Shown in pieces: positions 25,208 to 38,049 of a stretch of DNA of 64,000 nt; within the stretch, counting starts at the first letter, position 1, and each line of letters starts with the position of its first letter. The notes under the pieces are model-generated. The model did not search any database. It saw only the letters and a list, made by a program, of their open reading frames with translations, and had not been told where the DNA came from. Source of the DNA: Blasia pusilla (lineage: Eukaryota); contig CM114271.1 in NCBI GenBank assembly GCA_050084515.1, positions 26,164,001-26,228,000 on the forward strand. The letters are read 5' to 3'. The position numbers and the translations under genes are program-made.

Positions 25208-26284
25208 TCACTAACCCCATCCAACAATATTTGGAAAATTTGTAATAATTTACTCTTGTATTAATTTGTAATATATGGTATAGGGCCCATAGTGATTTTG
25301 TGGGCCCGCGATGTGATTTGGGACACGATGGGCCTTTGCGTGCCTCGATCGGCAAAAGATCACTGGAGTATAGCACAGGATCGTGAAATCTTGTAAAAGA
25401 GTCAATATGTCAACAAGGTAAACCCAACGGGCTCCCTTTCGAGAGGTTTGGTCATAAGATTAGATACCGCCCAATGGGCAGAAGATGATATAAAAGGCGA
25501 GGGCTTACGTATCACGGGTTAAATAGGCAAGATATGCCAACACCCAGTGCTGACTTGTATCGTGGGTGACAAAACCCCTACTATGGGGAATGCTGGAATC
25601 AAAAGCTTTGGGCAACACAGGTTGCCTAGGCTATCGATCAGTAAAATGTATGCAAATTACACCAAATATTGTCCGTGAATGCTCCAATAACAAAACTTGG
25701 AACACTCACTATGAACAAGAAAGATCAATATGCTAACCTAGATAACCGAAATACCTGTAGTATCAAGGTTATCTAGTGGCAAAACATATTCTCACTTATC
25801 AAGTTGAGCTATCTATGGAGAAAAAAAACTTCAAAGAGAGAGAGAGAGAGACATGAAGGGAGGAATGAGATTATGAGGGTATACAAAAATTAAGCAAGTT
25901 TATATAGGTGAGGATGGAAGGAAGAGAATGAACCCTTCTAACTCCCCAAATCATCTACCTCCACTTACAATTGATTACCAAGCCATCTCCATTAATTTTC
26001 TTTAATAAACCTACTTTTATTCTCCTATTAGATTCCTTCTTGACCTATCCTAGCTTCTTGACCTACTTTCAATTTCCAACAGACCTATTTTACAATACAA
26101 CCACCCTATTCAAATCTATTTTAATATTGTCATTCCTTTCTCCACCACTAGGATCCCAAATTCATCAATTACTCTCATTTCTAACTAACCTATATTCTCC
26201 TACAAAAACCTTATTCCAACCTCTCAAACCATCAATCACCCAAACCATAATAGTGACAGAATTTATTTAATACCTCACTTGAAT

Positions 26285-27000
26285 CACAGGGCTCGCCCAC
26301 AACCCGTGGCCCGTACGACCCGCAAGAAGCCCGTGCGTAACCTCGCGACCTCGCGCTCTAGCCCGCACGCAGGCTCTGCGCGGGCTGCAAGCCCGCAGTG
26401 CAGGCCATCTGCAGGCTCAACGGCCCGCCTGCGAGCCCGCGCCCTAGCCCACACTACGGGCCTTGGAGTCCGCGCGCAGGCTTTGCGCGGGCTCTAAGGC
26501 CCGCAACTAGTCTACGCTTGTAGGCTCGGCGGCCCGCATGCGAGCCTACGACCTAGCCTACACGCAGGCTCCAAGGTCCGCAACAAGCCCGTGCGCGGGC
26601 TCCCATGCGGCCGGGCTTCAGGGCCCTCACCCTAGCCCGCAAGCAGCCCGTGCATGGGCATCATCGCCCGCACCTAGCCCGCAAGCAGCCCGGACGCAGG
26701 CTTTAGGGCCCGTACCCTAGCCCGCATGCGGGCTCCAAGGCCCGCAAGCAGCCCGGATGCGGGCTTGAGGGCCCACATCCAAACCCGCACGTCGCACTCG
26801 CTTGCAGCCCACCTTACGACTGAGGCCCGCAACCTAAAGGCACCCTTCATCGGAGCCCGCACCTGTGGCCCGCAAGTGGAGCCCGCGCGGTCGATCTGGG
26901 CGTCACAAATACCCGTGCTCACGCTCGGTGTTCCATGTCCGTGGTCATGTCTAGACATGTCCGTCCCATGGACTGACTTGTCTGTTTTCGTACAACCTTG
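26285..27000. repeat. Right subterminal array of the hAT element
   Basis: Many gcccgca/gcgggct motifs, ending in catgtcc repeats and the TIR. Confidence 0.75.
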
Positions 27001-30000
27001 GTATCATCTCCCCAAGAAGACTCAGCCACTAAGCCGTGACCATTCTCCACCAAGTGCATCCAAATCGTAGCACATCAACTAATCTTCAAGGTGCATCTCG
27101 ATTCCCGAATGGTTCCTTGGCTTAAACTTGAAATATGGTTTACTACTTCTTCCAACACTCGAGCACAAGGGGAGAGAGAGTCTCATCTTATAGGTGCTTT
27201 TGGTATTCTCCTTGGGAGCCTCACTTTCCCAAAATATCCATGTCGGGCCCTTAGTTGTGGCCCTCAACCCAAACATGGTTTGTGTATCGTGAACCGTGTT
27301 TGACAAGCTCATCCCCAAGATAACTTGGCGGAGTCTCATAATTGATTTTGCCTATCTTGACTTCCAAAAACTCACCTTGGATCTTTGTCATGCATTTAGT
27401 GCATATCATGGCCAACGCCTCTTTTCACTACCATCATTTGGTATCTTATAGTTGGCTTTCAGACTCTTTCCGACCTTCGGGCTTTGCGACTAGTCTCATG
27501 ACGTCTTGCCTCGTCCTCTATCCCCTTGCATAGCTATGCCTCCTTTCTCCTAAAGTCGGTCTTAATTAGCATTTGTCCTACGGCCAATTTTTCCAACCTC
27601 TCTAGTCTTGTCATGAACTATTATAGGTTTCCACTTTTGGTAAGTCATACAAAGGTCGCTCTTCCCATAAGTCTTGACCCACAATCATGACTCAATGCTC
27701 AAGTACCTCTTAATGTAATCGTAATAGATTCAGCTATTTGCGACAATATCACTTTTGAAAGATTCTAAGTTGAAAACATAGCTTCTATTAATTCTTAGAC
27801 TTCTAATGGACTTACACATATAGACCAAAATCATCCTAAAATTTTAGTGGTAGAAAGTGGGGGACAATCCCTATGTATTTTTGTATATCCCTATTATAGG
27901 GGATCTATAAATAATGACTAAGATATTTCTTCTATTTTTAAATTTAAAATTTTGAGGCCATACTATAAGGATATCCAAAAATTACTGAAAGAGAATAATT
28001 TTTTTACTGATGAATTGATAATTACTTATTTAATAACTCGTGCAATGCATGAGAAATTGGTTATTCAAACATATAAAAATATTTTTAAAACGAAAATTTT
28101 AGCCAAGAAGTGAAAATTTTAATCTTGGATTTTTAAATCTTTCTATGAGGAGGATGACTCAATTATTCTAATTCTTATTACTTTCCATGTAAATATTTTA
28201 TGTATATATATATATATTCTTTTGGTTCTAATTTATCAGTTATGCATCATATTAATTTATATTTGAAAAAAAAATTTGATTGAAAAAGATTTTAAATTGT
28301 ATGAGAGAGAACATGCATGCCCAAAATTACATCAATTATCACTGTATTAAAAATTGAATGAACGTTTTCTTCCAAGAATAAATTTTATGATAGTAGGCAA
28401 AAGAAAGCACCTTCTATATCAAAAGCTAAAAATTCAACCTAACGCCATAAATAAAAATTAGTGCTTTTGTACTCCTGTGATGCAATGGGCCAAAGGCACT
28501 CTATTGAGCCCTCTTAGAGAAGGCCCATCCTTTTCGTCCCTTGACTGAGAGGGAGGGACTTCTTACAATTAAGTACTTTCCCTCTTTGATCCCCTTTTCT
28601 CTTTCCGGGCCACTTGTGGCCTTTGCGTACTACTTGACTCTTTGAGTCCCCCCTTATTTGTATTCTAATTGGGTTTTCCATCACTCAATTTTTATTGCGG
28701 GCTCTTTTATTCTTGACAAAACATAGTGTCATTCCATATTCCTAATTTTCCCATACCATCCCACTCATTCGCAATCTCCACCCTTTTTTCTCACCTCCAC
28801 TCTTTGAGGAATGGAGAGGGCTGGTCCCAACCCTTGCTTTGTCACTTAGGCTCCTTCCTTCCCCTATCATCTATCTTGTTCTCACATGGTAGATAACGTA
28901 GGTTAGGGGTAATGACAAGGGAATGCACATGGACTCCTTCTCGCTCCTTTAAGATGAAGAGGGATTGATAGGTCCTTATTAGGTCTCTTTAGAGGAACCA
29001 AAAGTCTTTATCCCTCCATATATAGAGGGGAGCTTTACAATTTCATTTCTCCCTTCTCTATTTGTGTGTGAAGGGTTCCTTATAAATCCCTCTTATATAT
29101 ATATCGAAAAGTGCTCAATCTCTCCCTCTTTCCTACCCCCAATAAAAAATTCAACCTTCTCTATCCTTCTCTGGATTATTGAAACTTACACATGTCAACA
29201 AGAATCCTTATAAACCCTTCATTGAACATTTAGAACTTTTTATCTTCTCTTTCCTTTTAGAAAATTTGTCCTTTTTTCTTTCTTTCCCTCCAAATCCCTT
29301 TTTCTCTTCCCCTCTCCTATTGAAAATTTTAATACTTAAAAACTTCTCATGATGCCCAATCTTATTGAATTTTTTTTCCCTTTTTCTTCTCTATTTAAAA
29401 TTAAAACTTATCTCTTCTCCCTTCGATCTCTTCTAAAAAATTAAAGACACAAAAAAGGAATCTCTCATTGAAAATATATCTTTTTCTTCTCCTCTCGTAA
29501 TGAAAATTTCTCCTTTTCTTTTCCACTATCCTTATGACATTCAACCCTTTAAATCATTTTCTTCTTAAGTCTTATATTTTTGAGAAATTATTTTGTTTCC
29601 TCTTCCCCTTATTTGATGATTATTTTCTCTTTTTATTTTTTATTAAATTTTGAATATTTCTTGATATTTTGTATTTAACCGAGGACACATTGCATGATCA
29701 TTGATGTATGCCCAAGTTCAAGACAACCCTTGAGGTTTCATAGAGTAATATGTCAAAAAAGGAGCATGTGCTCAAATAAATAAACTCAATATTTAGGTTG
29801 TTACGTCTTTTGGAACATAACGAAGAATACTCAAAGAAGACAAACATCAATCCTAAAAGCTCAAGGATAATCTATTTAGGACCAAGGCAACTTGAATGTG
29901 TAGGTTATCCATTGTTTTTGGCTCATTTGGAGCTATATTAAAAAACTTACCGCTACATGTAAATTCTATATTTTGAGAAGATTTGGATTTCCCTTTGGGA

Positions 30001-30345
30001 AAATATCCCATAACCCACTATCATAAGTTAAGGTTGAGGAAGTGACTAGCGTGCACAAGCTCCGAGATGTCACCCAAACTATCCTATACATCATGTGAGA
30101 CCGCAACCTGTTATTTTGACCCTATTTACTTTCTTTTTTTGTTTTTTTCAGACCCTATTTATTTTTTTCAAAGTTTTTTAATTCCCTTGCCAACATTTTA
30201 TAATTTCCTTTTTTTTAATATTAATATCCCTTTAGTTATTACCATTATTCCAAAAGTAAACCCCAATACAGGCTAAGTGGGAAATTGTTACAATCAGAAT
30301 TAAGAAAATAAGAATACAGGAAAGATACCATTCAATGCTTTTTAT

Positions 30346-33300
30346 TTATGAGGATGTTTTCTTCTCCTTCATAAAAACATCCAAATTTTTTTGATCATGT
30401 AGGTCTAACACCCATACATCTCTTACACCTTGTTTATATGTCATTGTGACACAAGCTATTACCATATCTAAATCTATCCATTGCACATTGTTGTTATCAT
30501 AAGTAAAGCGAACACCACTATTGTTTATAGGTGTGAACCAATTGAATAGGCATTGTACAGATGTAGCTTCTCCTCCATCTTCTGTCAAGTTCTTAGGGCA
30601 TTCTTCTTTCATCCAAAGCCACTTCATGTCCTATTTTGGCAAACCCCTTCCCTACCCTCCTCCTCAATTTCTGAACTTTCCCTAACAAAACTTTATATAC
30701 ATCCTCTCTCCATACTAGAAGCAGGTATATCTTTTGTCTTCTTGCCCCTTTTCTTAGATAATCCAGATTGAGAGGTTGATTTGTACAACATATCTTCTCT
30801 AAAGAGAACACCAAAAATACTACCAATATCTAAAATGCACGAAATTCCAGGTGCATCACATGGCCTTACGGTTGGCCTCACAACACTGAATGCTAACAAA
30901 CTCTTAACTTTAAGAAGTCTATCCTTTGATAGCATCGGATTTCCTACTAGTTAACTGACTAATGTTGATTTATAAATAAGTCTACCTTCATGTGTAACAG
31001 TGGCATCAATCTTCCTCGTCCGTCTTGAAACATCAGAAGCATCACCCACTATGTCTTGGACAACTTCACTCATAACATGCCTTAGTTCATGACCAACCAT
31101 ATCAACATCTGGAACACCATCATCAAGGGTGTCATCATCACTTGGAATAACACAATGCACTTTTGGATCATCCCACATAACCTGATCATTATCCAATGAC
31201 TGGATAAGTGGAAAACCTGCACTCACTTCATGTGTATTATTCACTTGTTCATGTTGACTCCTAGCTTCTTCAAACACAACTTCTGGATTTGGAGCCGCCA
31301 CTGCTAAGTCTTGGCAATCTTTCAACCACATCTGTTTCTCTGCATCCCATGGCCTAATCCACCAGATTGGATCTGCTTCCCTTAATACTAGAATGTGGAC
31401 ACATCTGCAACATCACACACATGTTCCTTGTTCTTGCAGCCCTTCCTTTAAGGCTTCCACTATCACTTCATTAGTTGAAACCAATGAGTAATCACCTAAA
31501 TCAGCTAACCTTTCATTAGGTTGTAAGGGATGAAGAGCATGCCAAATAAATTTCTGCTTCTTATGCCTCCATAATTTTATGTTTTCCTCTCCAAATTCAA
31601 AAGTGGCAAGGCGGTTCAAGCCTGCATCAAAATCTAACAATGTGCCGAAGTCATAACTTCTTTCATGCCCACTCATACCTCCAACCTTTGAAAAAAACAA
31701 TTCGCAGCAATCTGATCCAAGGAGATGTAGAGGGACAGGTAGCGTAGGAAACCTATCACAAAATAAGAAAATAAGTAATACAACATAGTGACATGAAAGT
31801 TGAATGTCATGGAAGGCTTCTAAACTAAGCATGTTTTTCTCTGAAAACTGAACACAATTTCTTGCAATTGAGTGAGTGCCATGCCTTAGCCATAGCCTCC
31901 ATAATCTAAGGAAAAAGGAAACCTTTCCACATAATTGTATACGATCATGCAATCCCAAGGACAAAGAATAAAGCACATCTATGTAATCAGCCAAAAACTC
32001 TAAGTATAATTGTGTGCCGAGAGTTCGCTCACATAAAATATCTCTCCTCTCTCCTACGTATCTCAATAACTTCTATACTTGCCTGCTAGCAATTTTTTGA
32101 GGTCTTGCCCAATGTTTTCTATCTCTTTGACACACATCATGAAAATTCAACCTATGTTCATCAAATGAGTAAAGTTTATAAACAAGCATGACAAGCTCTA
32201 AGGTTGCAATATGATCTCCTAGCACCAATGGAAGACTCATCCGGTCTAGTGGATTAATGGATTACCATTATGTGCTGGGTCTTGATCACCAAGACCATAA
32301 ATATCACCATTAGGAAGCATAGAAGCAGAAAGAACCCATCCTTCCCAGCCCATAGTAAACCTCTCCTCCTCTCCATGTTTACCTAGATAATCCTCCATCA
32401 TTAACTTCCACATGCGTGAGTCTCCATCACTAGCATGACCAATGAGAGGACCAATAATTGATCTACAATTTTTATCCCAATACCCTCTCATCATGTCCCA
32501 ATGATCTCTAACCCAACTAGCTTTAAAAGTATTACATGTGGGAATACAACAAAGAGCAAGTTTTGGCAATCTCAAGTAGTGGATTGACATTCACAACTCT
32601 AGCATAAACTCCACACACACTTGATTGGAAGGTGGACATTATCTTGTTATACCCATCCTCTCCAACACCAACTTTGACCTCCATATATTTTGGCCATATA
32701 TTTTGGCTATTTCAGAAAAAAATTCATGCCTCATCCCGACACGAAAAGGTACCAGCTTTGCTCATTCTCTTGTCAAAGTTCTCAAGCTTGGACCACAAAG
32801 GTTCATAGCCCTCAAACGGGCTACTGGTCTTCCTCCATTTTGTAATAAGGCTTGACTAATAGCTTTAGTACCTTTAGGAAACCACACCCTTCTCACTTCG
32901 ATTCATATTTCTACCCACATCTGTCAAAAAATCCCAAAGCGCTGATTTGCCACCAAAGGATCCTCTTCTCCATGCTGTAATTATGTTTCTACATAATGCT
33001 AAAATATCTCTCCTATTTGTCACCTCGTACAACATAACATTCAAGTTTGTCTTCCTAGTATTTAAAGAACACACTCGCTTACGAGCACACCAGAGCTCCC
33101 ACTTATCTCGTCTTCTAGCTTTCAATGCTACTTGAGATGCCTCTCTTAATTCTGGAGAGTTTAAATAATCTAATCTAATTTTGAGCAAAGTATCTCTATG
33201 CCCACGTTTGTAAGCAGAATTAATACTTCTAGTAGCTCTTTTCCTGAAGTCATCCATTTGACGAATGTTGTAGCATTGCTCACAACAAAGATCCTTGAAC

Positions 33301-34750
33301 TCACCTCCCAAGGTTGAATGGTAAGCACACTGTCTGTGCCTAAAGGTTCCCTTTATAAGCACTTGTTGTTTGATAGTGGGATTATAAACTAGCCTATACA
33401 TATGTGATTCTCAAATCCACATATTTCCCATGAGCTGGTCATGTACCAAGGGTTTGATATCTATACCAGTCCATCGTACATTACTGTCCTTAACCAATAC
33501 CCCCAAAAAATGGTAGAAAGGTGGAAATGTATGTCTTCACCTTCATTTGTCTCACCTCCAAAAAAGCCTTGGATTGTTCGTTGCCTTTTGGTGTCCCTTG
33601 CATCAGCCTTCTTTGGTCTCCCAGGCCTAGATGTTCTAATCTGGATAGAAACTTCAGCAATCGACTCTTGTACATTCCTTATATGGTCACGGGATCGGAG
33701 ATGTTCACGTAGGTTGTGCTCTAAGTTATTTTGTTGCGAAACTAGTTGGAACCTACAACCGCAATAAACACATCTAACTCTGTATTTCTCTGACCTCACA
33801 CTAATGTCAGTAGTATCTCCCTCAATCTCAAAGGGTTTCTCGTCATTTGTATCCTCTATATTGCAAAGGTTCACAATGATCACTCCCTGGTCTATTGTAC
33901 ATCTAGCTTTCACAGGGGCACAGTCATCTTGTCTCCAAGTCACTGTTCGCCAACATAGTTTTCGGACTAAACACCGATTCTTATGGTGTTTTTTGGTTTT
34001 CATGTGCTTAGATCTATGGTTTAGAAAGAGGTTCATGATGCAACTTTTTTTTCAGTCCCCTTTGCTATTCTTGCCTTCAATTGGCACTCCATACACTCAA
34101 GGCGGGATTGTGTAATATCCCCCTCATCCCATGTCAACACACGCCATCTATGGTCTTCCCAACCATATTGCTTGGTCCAACTCTCAAGTTTCACTATCTC
34201 TGACTTTGAGATGTCTAAAGCTTCTAGTTTCATGAATGATGATCTGAGAATTGCCCACTCCTAAAGTATTGTAGGGATCCCCAATGGAATATTCTAATGG
34301 GACCCATTCATCTCTGAATCCTCATGGGGAGTACAAGGGGTAGGACCTGAAGGAGTGTCTGGCAAACTTACATCGGTCTCTATTGTTGACTTGATTTTGC
34401 TACCTTGGCTCTCTATGTGTTCTTCCACAAAGCCTTCTATGTATCGTTTCTCAATCATGATGATCCCAGTAGTATGGAAATCATGCACTTGCATAATTGA
34501 TTCCATGTTCTCATCTACGACAATATTATACTCTGGATCCCAAAAACCCTAAATCCTTCCCTCAAAAATGTTAGTTTGGTCAATCAAGTTTCGGAACCAA
34601 GTTAGAGTGGCATCATGCTCATATTTTACAGGTGCTTTCAAAATTGGGGGTAGGTTCAATCCACGTTTAATATAGGTTCAAATTCTTAGTGTAGAAGTTT
34701 TCCCTTTAAAACCATCAAGACTAGCCATCAAGTCCAAATCCAGAAATACT
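30346..34750 (-). pseudogene. P-element/THAP9-type DDE transposase with N-terminal C2H2-like zinc fingers, disrupted
   Basis: Motifs in order: ECMEC...H...H; RCVYC...HLRSRDH; GG...NLCGPSLRTL (cf. LPS.rTL); GHASDGDSR; QDPAHN (DxxH); GTQLYLEF; GSDCCELFFSKVGG (cf. QD.LE.FFS). Many stops and frameshifts. Confidence 0.65.
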
Positions 34751-34805
34751 TACAATATCACAACATCCATTAACATGTATTACTACATACGTCATCCAAG
34801 TGCAT

Positions 34806-36105
34806 TCAAAAAGATTCTGTAGTCTCTAATATGTAGTGACATATTACAGCCATATGGGACTTATGGCTTAGTTCTTGTCCTTGACTTTCTACCGCTCCCA
34901 AACAACAATGCAATGGAAGGGAATTCAACAAGCAACCAAACCTTATACTTGGGCATATCTTCAGCCCCAATGTTGCATTGCTCTTAACATGGCAAAACTC
35001 AAAACACAATTGAATTACACCACCACTTGAAGCTTCCCTCTCTTTTACACAGACCACAAATTTCACCATCTCTGGATCACTCATTCCTACACATATGCCA
35101 TTTTCATCATGGCATATGTATAGAGTGCACTGTAAGACAACACCAGGGACACTCATCCACATTAGGATGGTCTTACGAGTTCCAAGTCCTAACTTCCAAT
35201 TTTTCCATGTGCAATATATGTGTCTTTCGGTTGGGTTGTAACACCACCTTGGAAAGACCCATGCTTGCACACTACTCCTAAAAAGGGAGTCTTTGTGGCA
35301 TATTAAGGAGGCAACATCAAGAGGAATACTCTTTAGCATGCAAAATAATTCAAAGCCAAACAAGCCTCTCAGAATCGATCGGGTATCTATCGATTCCGAG
35401 GGTCCACTTCCATAATTTAATTCAATGTATATTACTCATAACTGAATTCAATGTATGTTACTCACCCAAGTATGAGCAAGCCTCTCTCTCTCCAATAAGA
35501 ATCCTTCCAAATCCCTTCACCTGTAGAAACACATTTAATTTTTTAAAGTTCTCAAACAAGTTTATCTATTATCAGAACATATTTGCAAAGGAATTCCAAC
35601 TTCCTAACAGTCACACATTCATTCTTGAGCAAAGGGATACCAAAATTACAACATTCACCTAAACAAACTTGATTCAACGGGATATTGTCGAAGAAGGAGG
35701 CGTTGGATGTCGCGTCGAATGATAGGGAGCTGTTGGTGTGGGCGCTGGAGTTGGAGATGTTGGCACTAGAGTTGGAATTCTTGGAGTCACACATGGATTT
35801 CCTGAATGAGAACTTGCAGCCCCCGGATGATGATCCAGATTCCTTGCTCCCTACATCACCGATTTGCTGCAAGGTATCGTTGATCATCATGTTCAATTCA
35901 CAAGCACGACGATGCTCAGTGTTCAAGCCGGGAAACTTATTGACAAAGAACACGCAGTGCGAATTCTTTTGATCTGAACCAACAACATAAATCTGACAAC
36001 AACAATGTCGAACAAAGTCCTACAATGTGAACACAACCCATTGCATGATTTTTGAGTCCAATGACAAGAATCTAAACTCGAACCATTGTTGGAGGGGGAT
36101 AGCAA
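34806..36105 (-). pseudogene. Cys-rich fragmented coding sequence upstream of the P-like transposase
   Basis: ORF 35953..35552 (133 aa with a Ser-rich tail), plus out-of-frame pieces such as ECPWCCLTVHSIH...WHMC...ICGLCK. No family recognised. Confidence 0.3.
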
Positions 36106-37301
36106 AAATATTCAAGCAAGTCATCAGGAAGGAACGCTAGTTTGCGCATGGAATGAAACAACATTGATGTGAGCTGAAACCTATTGCAAGAGTTTGATAA
36201 CTACAATGCTAAGGCAAGCTTCCTAAACACAGATTGGGTTTGTGCCATGAGAGCAACTAGCGTTCACCAACATTCATCCTGATAGAGAAGGCTAATGTTG
36301 GAATTTGATCAATGCCCGTTCATTACCATGTGGTCTGCGAGGGTAGTGCACATCAAGCGGCGCCCGAAAATAGAGAAGAGAAACCGAGAAAGGAAATTTT
36401 AGAAAGCTTTTGCAGCTTTCCCTCGCACTCCAAATCTTGATACAAAAGCAAAAATATGGATAGAAACTTACCTTCTTTGTGCTACGAAGATTGGGTTGAG
36501 CAAGAAATTGAAGGATCACACTCGGTTATCACTAAGTGCGATGGCTTCCCGCTGGTCTACTCACACATTGCATGCAGAAAAAAATGTAAAAAATGGCAAA
36601 GCTTCGCCCAAAAAGATCAACACTGCTCCACGAGAGAAATGAGAAATGGGGGCAGTCCTCCCCGACTACCCCTCGCAACCCCCCCTCCCCCCTTTTGACA
36701 GCTCAGATCCAATCCCTAAGATCAACGACTCTCCTATGATGCAAGATGAATGCAATCTTGTCCCTCCATTTCCTTAGATCCTAAACCGTCGATCTATTAA
36801 TATTTATTATTTCTGCTTTAGCCTTTTTTTCTTCTTCCTTTTTCATGTATGGATTTCACTCTCTCCTAAAAAAAATCCATAGTCTTATAACATGTGATCT
36901 CAAGTTGGGATAAAATTTTCAAGGCTAGAATATGATTTAATTTCATGTGTGTTTTTCACTTTCTCCTCTAAAAAATTCATATATATATATATATCCAATA
37001 ATTAAGTGACATTTGTCGTTAAGTGATTTCATTGCCCCTTGCTTATAAATTTCATTATAGTTACAACTTGTTGAATAGATTGGACCCTACATTATAATAA
37101 GACCACTAAAATATTTTTCTCAACCCTTCAGGCTATAATTGCTTACTTATAACATTATGATTTATACAATAAAAAAAAACCCCTTTGGCTGGTCGCTCAT
37201 GTTAAAGTAATACGGCTGGGTGACGACCCCGACTGCATAAGTCACCAAGGAGAATGTGTGGGGAAAGTATAGAGGCATATCTAAGGAGGGAGAGTGGAGC
37301 T

Positions 37302-37604
37302 CATAGTTGCACAAGAACGGACATGGACAAACAAGTCTAGACATATCTATGAACATAGATTGCAAGAGGGGAGGCCCACACTTATAGCTCACAATGGAAG
37401 GCAAGGAAGGGGCAAGCGGGGCAATAAGAGGGGAGGAACTGGAGGTAGGGGGCGGGGGCAGGCAAGAAGAAACATGAAATAACATAACAAAGAGGCAAGT
37501 GGAGGGAATGAGGAAAAAAGGGGAGTTAGGGACCCACATGGACAAGTCCTTCCATAAGACGGACGTATGTACACGGACATGGAGTTTATCCACATGCAAC
37601 TTTG
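37302..37604 (+). mobile_element. hAT-family MITE (303 bp)
   Basis: TIRs CATAGTTGCA / TGCAACTTTG; TSD GTGGAGCT / TTGGAGCT; interior homologous to 43102-43516. Confidence 0.85.
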
Positions 37605-38049
37605 TTGGAGCTCATTTTCTTTTAGAAAAATCATAGATCAAACTCTCTAACACTACATGTCATTTTTTCAAGCCTAAAATTTTTTCTACAAAAACATTTT
37701 TTTAATAATTAAAATTAAAATTATATAAAAGTTACAAAATATATAATTAGACATAAATAAATTTCAAGCATCGAGAGCATTTGCGTGTATGGCTTTGGGG
37801 ATCCACAGAAATAGAAATAATTCATATTAGTGTTGAGAGAAAGAAAAATATCTTCTACACAATGATTTGTAAATTTGAGCATTGTCGATTTCTACCTGTA
37901 GTGTGAAGTAGAGAATTCTTCTTGATTCACGTAAATTTCAATTTCTCTCTATGTTGTTGCTTGATTATGCTTAATATGAAACTTTCAACCTTTGGTCCTA
38001 CATTGGGCCTTGTATAACTTCTTTTCATTGATTAAGCTACTTATTTTCA

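Larger units (their letters stand above)
17785..27000 (-). mobile_element. 9216-bp hAT DNA transposon carrying cargo genes (protein kinase and an unknown ORF)
   Basis: TIRs CAAGGTTGCACG (17785) / CGTACAACCTTG (27000). 8-bp TSD GTACCATC (17777-17784) / GTATCATC (27001-27008). GCCCGC-rich subterminal arrays at both ends and an internal hAT transposase. Confidence 0.9.
30042..37245 (-). mobile_element. Putative P-superfamily-like DNA transposon (~7.2 kb)
   Basis: Imperfect inverted ends GTGACT..TGCA..GTCACCCA..CATG.G.GACC (30042-30102 versus the reverse complement of ~37190-37245) enclose a P-type transposase. The TSD is only weakly suggested (TGAGGAA/CAAGGAG). Confidence 0.5.

Noticed and set aside
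28020-29650. Possible Helitron or other TE (degenerate hairpin at ~28040, pyrimidine-rich repeats)
   Set aside because: Termini too degraded to define an element.
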